Shown here: one piece after another, positions 1 through 1,704 of the stretch
Numbering within the stretch: position 1 is the stretch's first letter
Layout: every line of letters starts with the position of its first letter
DNA from: Naegleria gruberi
Lineage: Eukaryota
Assembly (NCBI GenBank): GCA_000004985.1
Contig: GG739343.1
Reading direction: 5' to 3' (one strand)
DNA length: 1,704 nt
Position numbers and translations under genes: made by a program
The notes under the pieces: model-generated
What the model was told of the DNA's origin: nothing
The model's input: the letters and a program-made list of their open reading frames with translations, nothing else
The model's database searches: none

Positions 1-2
1 CC

Positions 3-26
3 CATTTTTTTTGATTTTTTTGTAAA
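3..26. repeat. Copy A of a direct-repeat motif caT8gaT7gtaaa; the - strand reads TTTACAAAAAAATCAAAAAAAATG
   Basis: Identical to 1117..1139 apart from one extra T in the second T-run. On the - strand it ends in ATG (5..3) followed by GG at the window edge. Confidence 0.85.
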
Positions 27-50
27 TTAATGGATTCTAATTGGAAGGGT

Positions 51-245
51 TCATTGTAAATTGCATCCTGTGAGTGGATAAAACCCCATTCGATAATCCC
101 AATAATCAATACCATTGTCATCAGGTAGAGCAACACAACAAGTAGGTTCAAAACCTTGAAATGCTTCCATTAAAGTTCTTTTCACAATATTTTCACTTTC
201 AGGTTTGTGAAAATGAAAAAATCGTCCAAAGTGAAATATATCCAC
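51..245 (-). CDS. Downstream (C-terminal side) segment, +1 frame relative to 247..777; listed in the ORF track as a 64-aa GTG-initiated ORF
   Basis: The frame opens at 251 (after TAA 254..252), only 5 nt before the TAA (249..247) that ends the 247..777 frame. It reads (VN)VDIFHFGRFFHFHKPESENIVKRTLMEAFQGFEPTCCVALPDDNGIDYWDYRMGFYPLTGCNLQ and ends at TGA 53..51. If TGA is sense it continues (C)TLPIRIH to TAA 29..27. The first codon in the ORF track is GTG, not ATG, so an independent start is unlikely. Confidence 0.35.
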   Translation of the reverse strand: MDIFHFGRFFHFHKPESENIVKRTLMEAFQGFEPTCCVALPDDNGIDYWDYRMGFYPLTGCNLQ

Positions 246-246
246 A

Positions 247-777
247 TTAACTTATCCTTATAATAAGGTTTTTCAGTTTTTTTATCCAATCACTTATTTC
301 GTAAAATGAAAAGGAGTAAACTTCCAAATCATTCAGAATCTTGTGAAAAATTTGACAATCTGTCATTTCCTCAGTTCCAGGCCATTTGAAAGGTCTTACA
401 TGGTTAACATATGAGTGAATAGTTCTTGCAGCAAAATAATAAGAGAATTTGGCCATTTGATGAGGAGTTGGATCCAACTCATTGTTAAACTTGATTCGAA
501 CATCAATTAACTTGCAAGTTTCAGAAAAATTCTTCTCACATTTTTCTCCTTTAATTCTTGTTTGGAATAATTGTGAAAGTTCATTCACAAATCTTGATTT
601 CCCAACTCCTTCCTCGCCTTGAACAATCAGAACCGTTCCAGTATCTAAAGTTTTTAATATTTTCCAGATCACTATTGCTAAACGAAGTAAATAAATAATT
701 TTCAATCCAATTAAATGGTAAGGTGAATTGACTTTTGGATTTTTAAAGTTCTGGGAACACTTGTTTGATGATATCAT
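247..777 (-). CDS. P-loop NTPase segment (Walker A GEEGVGKS; STAND/NACHT-like or KAP-like); the central frame of a gene that is split over several frames
   Basis: ORF track gives 176 aa, ATG at 777..775, TAA at 249..247. A hydrophobic strand followed by a glycine-rich loop, TGTVLIVQGEEGVGKSRFVNELSQ, is a textbook Walker A (GxxxxGKS) context of the kind found in NACHT/STAND and KAP NTPases. I could not recognise a Walker B (hhhhDE) motif downstream. The protein-like reading continues in other frames upstream and downstream, so this ORF is probably not the whole gene. Confidence 0.6.
   Translation of the reverse strand: MISSNKCSQNFKNPKVNSPYHLIGLKIIYLLRLAIVIWKILKTLDTGTVLIVQGEEGVGKSRFVNELSQLFQTRIKGEKCEKNFSETCKLIDVRIKFNNELDPTPHQMAKFSYYFAARTIHSYVNHVRPFKWPGTEEMTDCQIFHKILNDLEVYSFSFYEISDWIKKLKNLIIRIS
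595..618 (-). other. Walker A / P-loop motif GEEGVGKS (codons ggc gag gaa gga gtt ggg aaa tca)
   Basis: Direct translation of the - strand, residues 54-61 of the 247..777 ORF. Confidence 0.8.
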
Positions 778-988
778 AAGTGTCTAATCTTTCATAAGCT
801 TCAAGAACAATATGAACAATCCTATTGACAAACTTTCCATCGACATCATATTGTTCCAAACCATCAATTTGATTGCCAAATTCCTTTCTTAATACGGAAA
901 TCAGATAGTTCCTATCCCACTCTGAATAATTCCAATAACAAAGATTGTTGACTATAGTCTGTAACTTCTTCTTTACATATTGGCTTAT
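746..988 (-). CDS. Upstream (N-terminal side) segment of the same NTPase gene, in the frame one step behind 247..777; no ATG in this frame
   Basis: The - strand frame with codon starts congruent to 1 mod 3 is open from after TGA (991..989) to TAA (745..743), 81 codons. It reads ISQYVKKKLQTIVNNLCYWNYSEWDRNYLISVLRKEFGNQIDGLEQYDVDGKFVNRIVHIVLEAYERLDTYDIIKQVFPEL. The composition is hydrophilic and protein-like. It overlaps the start of the 247..777 frame by 12 codons. It is absent from the ORF track because it lacks an ATG/GTG and its longest TTG-initiated piece is short. If TGA is a sense codon the frame stays open up to TAA at 1087..1085. Confidence 0.35.
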
Positions 989-1116
989 TCACCAGAAGAA
1001 AACATATCTGTAATTTACAATAACAAGTTTGAATCCTCTTCAATTAAAGTTTAATATGATTTTTGATATATTTGAAAAAAAATTTTAAGGTTTGGAAAAT
1101 TTGAATATTCTTGAGA

Positions 1117-1139
1117 CATTTTTTTTGATTTTTTGTAAA
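1117..1139. repeat. Copy B of the direct-repeat motif caT8gaT6gtaaa; the - strand reads TTTACAAAAAATCAAAAAAAATG
   Basis: It overlaps the left arm of the inverted repeat. On the - strand it ends in ATG 1119..1117, the mirrored actin start. Confidence 0.85.
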
Positions 1140-1158
1140 ACTGTTCATTGTTCCTCAG

Positions 1159-1179
1159 AAATTACAAAATTAAAAAAAA
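1159..1179 (+). promoter_or_regulatory. Start context aaATTACAAAATTAAAAAAAAA immediately 5' of the actin ATG; TTACAAAA at 1162..1169
   Basis: This is the third occurrence of TTACAAAA + T + A-run + ATG in the window. The other two are on the - strand at 1139..1117 and 26..3. That makes it a candidate core promoter or initiator element. No Shine-Dalgarno-like purine tract of the GGAGG type is present. Confidence 0.4.
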
Positions 1180-1704
1180 ATGTCTCAAGAATATTCAGCG
1201 ATCGTGTTTGATAATGGCTCTGGCTCCATTAAAGCAGGTTTTTCAGGATGTGAGAATCCACAAGTGGTTTTTCCATCACTCATTGCTTCTCCTTTAAAAT
1301 CCAAAGAATCTGAAAATATCAAAGAAATATACCTTGTGGGAGATGAAGCTAAAATTGACAGTAGAAAGAATGTTAGAATGGTCAGATATCCAATAGAACA
1401 TGGAGTAGTGACGAATTGGGAGGGGATGGAACAGATTTGGCGTCATGTTTTTAGTCAATTACAGGTGGATTGTGAAAATCATCCTGTTTTATTGACTCAA
1501 CCTCCTTGTAATCCAAAACAAAATAGAGAAAAGATGACTGAAATAATGTTCGAAACATTTAGAATACCATCCATGTATGTTTCTATTCCTGCTGTATTGT
1601 CCTTGTTTGCAACTGGGAGGACAACTGGAATAGTTTTAGATTCTGGAGATGGTGTGACGAATATTGTTCCAATTTTTGAATCACATGCTTTAGAATATGC
1701 TGTT
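1180..1704 (+). CDS. Actin-family protein (divergent actin or actin-related protein); 5' end complete, 3' end truncated by the window edge
   Basis: Seen in sequence: ATG at 1180..1182 is preceded by in-frame TAA at 1171..1173, so it is the first start. 175 codons stay open to the last base of the window. The translation [23 protein letters not shown]...[18 protein letters not shown]...[27 protein letters not shown]...[30 protein letters not shown] carries the canonical actin-fold motifs: phosphate-1 DNGSG (1210..1224), YPIEHG, NREKMTxIMFETF and phosphate-2 DSGDGV (1639..1653). Established knowledge: these blocks are diagnostic of actin/Arp. The region matching the actin DNase-I binding loop is replaced by [14 protein letters not shown]. 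Confidence 0.85.
   Translation, partial: MSQEYSAIVFDNGSGSIKAGFSGCENPQVVFPSLIASPLKSKESENIKEIYLVGDEAKIDSRKNVRMVRYPIEHGVVTNWEGMEQIWRHVFSQLQVDCENHPVLLTQPPCNPKQNREKMTEIMFETFRIPSMYVSIPAVLSLFATGRTTGIVLDSGDGVTNIVPIFESHALEYAV

Larger units (their letters stand above)
27..988 (-). pseudogene. Composite: frame-disrupted P-loop NTPase gene. It is either a pseudogene or assembly artefact, or a gene decoded with +1 frameshifts at internal stop codons.
   Basis: Three consecutive open frames (746..988, 250..783, 27/54..251) abut each other, each junction a +1 step at a TAA/TAG: CTT-TAA-A at 748..742 and AGT-TAA-T at 252..246. A possible further upstream pair exists: GGA-TAG-G at 917..911 and GAA-TAA-G at 990..984, following ATG 1005..1003 (MFSSGE). 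Which explanation holds cannot be decided from this sequence alone. Confidence 0.4.
1006..1179. promoter_or_regulatory. Shared divergent intergenic/promoter region between the - NTPase gene and the + actin gene
   Basis: A/T-rich spacer between the first - strand ATG (1005..1003) and the actin ATG (1180). It contains A8/T8/A9 homopolymers, a TTACAAAA element upstream of each ATG context, and a large inverted repeat. Confidence 0.5.
1102..1197. repeat. Perfect 25-bp inverted repeat with a 46-bp spacer: arms 1102..1126 (tgaatattcttgagacatttttttt) and 1173..1197 (aaaaaaaatgtctcaagaatattca). An imperfect extension gives a palindrome of about 37 bp per arm (1102..1138 and 1161..1197).
   Basis: Verified base by base. 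The flanks 1101/1198 and 1127/1172 do not pair. The right arm contains the actin ATG (1180..1182) and codons 2-6. The left arm, read on the - strand, is an exact mirror ATGTCTCAAGAATATTCA preceded by A8. Confidence 0.9.

Noticed and set aside
1-30. Ciliate-type telomere (C4A4 / G4T4 repeats) at the window start
   Set aside because: Only ccc followed by T-runs is present; no tandem C4A4 units.
720-800. A tiny spliceosomal intron as the cause of the frame change near 745
   Set aside because: Scanning the - strand for GT...AG pairs around the junction gives only 27-nt and 29-nt candidates (GT at 758 or 760 to AG at 732). Neither length is congruent to 1 mod 3, as would be required to join frame c to frame a, and no comparable intron candidates exist at the other junctions.
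778-903. Reading frame a straight through TAG 786..784 and TAA with a TAA/TAG=Gln (Tetrahymena/Paramecium-type) code to get one long ORF
   Set aside because: It yields low-complexity hydrophobic text (MVWNNMMSMESLSIGLFILFLKLMKDQTL...) that looks less protein-like than the alternative frame. The actin gene has no TAA/TAG Gln codons among 7 Gln. Disfavoured but not excluded.
742-990. Classical Euplotes-type +1 frameshift motif AAA-TAA/TAG
   Set aside because: None of the candidate shift sites has AAA before the stop (they are CTT, AGT, GGA, GAA). If recoding occurs, it is not the canonical Euplotes signal; it is kept only as an analogy.
1-1000. + strand coding in the left two-thirds of the window
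   Set aside because: The ORF track shows no + strand ORF there, and by eye the + strand is densely populated by stops.
1096-1104. Mimivirus-type early promoter octamer AAAATTGA
   Set aside because: Only a near-match, aaaatttga with an extra T, exists in the intergenic region; there is no exact copy on either strand.
1051-1119. The 22-codon - strand ORF MSQEYSNFPNLKIFFQIYQKSY as an independent gene
   Set aside because: Its first 6 codons arise automatically from the inverted repeat of the actin start. It is short, and there is no support for it beyond a possible uORF role.
1-1704. tRNA/rRNA genes, CRISPR repeats, transposon terminal inverted repeats or target-site duplications
   Set aside because: No cloverleaf-compatible segments, no regularly spaced direct repeats, and no long terminal repeats. 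The only large repeats are the promoter palindrome and the 23/24-nt motif described above.

Overview
This is an AT-rich 1.7 kb window holding two head-to-head genes. On the + strand, an actin-family CDS starts at ATG 1180 and runs off the 3' end of the window at 1704; the ORF track omits it because it has no stop in the window. On the - strand, a P-loop NTPase gene (Walker A GEEGVGKS at 595..618) has its coding information spread over three reading frames: 746..988, 247..777 and 27/51..251. Every frame change is a +1 step that sits exactly on an in-frame TAA or TAG. The two genes share a 174-bp A/T-rich intergenic region (1006..1179). It contains a perfect 25-bp inverted repeat (1102..1126 and 1173..1197) that includes the actin ATG and its first five codons. 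A 23/24-nt T-run motif (caT8gaT6-7gtaaa) occurs at 1117..1139 and again at the window start (3..26). In both copies the - strand reads TTTACAAAAAA(A)TCAAAAAAAATG, so another - strand gene probably starts at 5..3 and runs off the window. I see no rRNA, tRNA, CRISPR array or mobile element. Source taxon and genetic code cannot be fixed from the sequence alone. An actin of this kind implies a eukaryote, a giant virus or an Asgard-type archaeon. The behaviour of TGA and TAA/TAG in the - gene is ambiguous. The - strand gene is either a pseudogene, an assembly-error victim or a recoded (+1 frameshift-at-stop) gene; that is the main thing worth following up.
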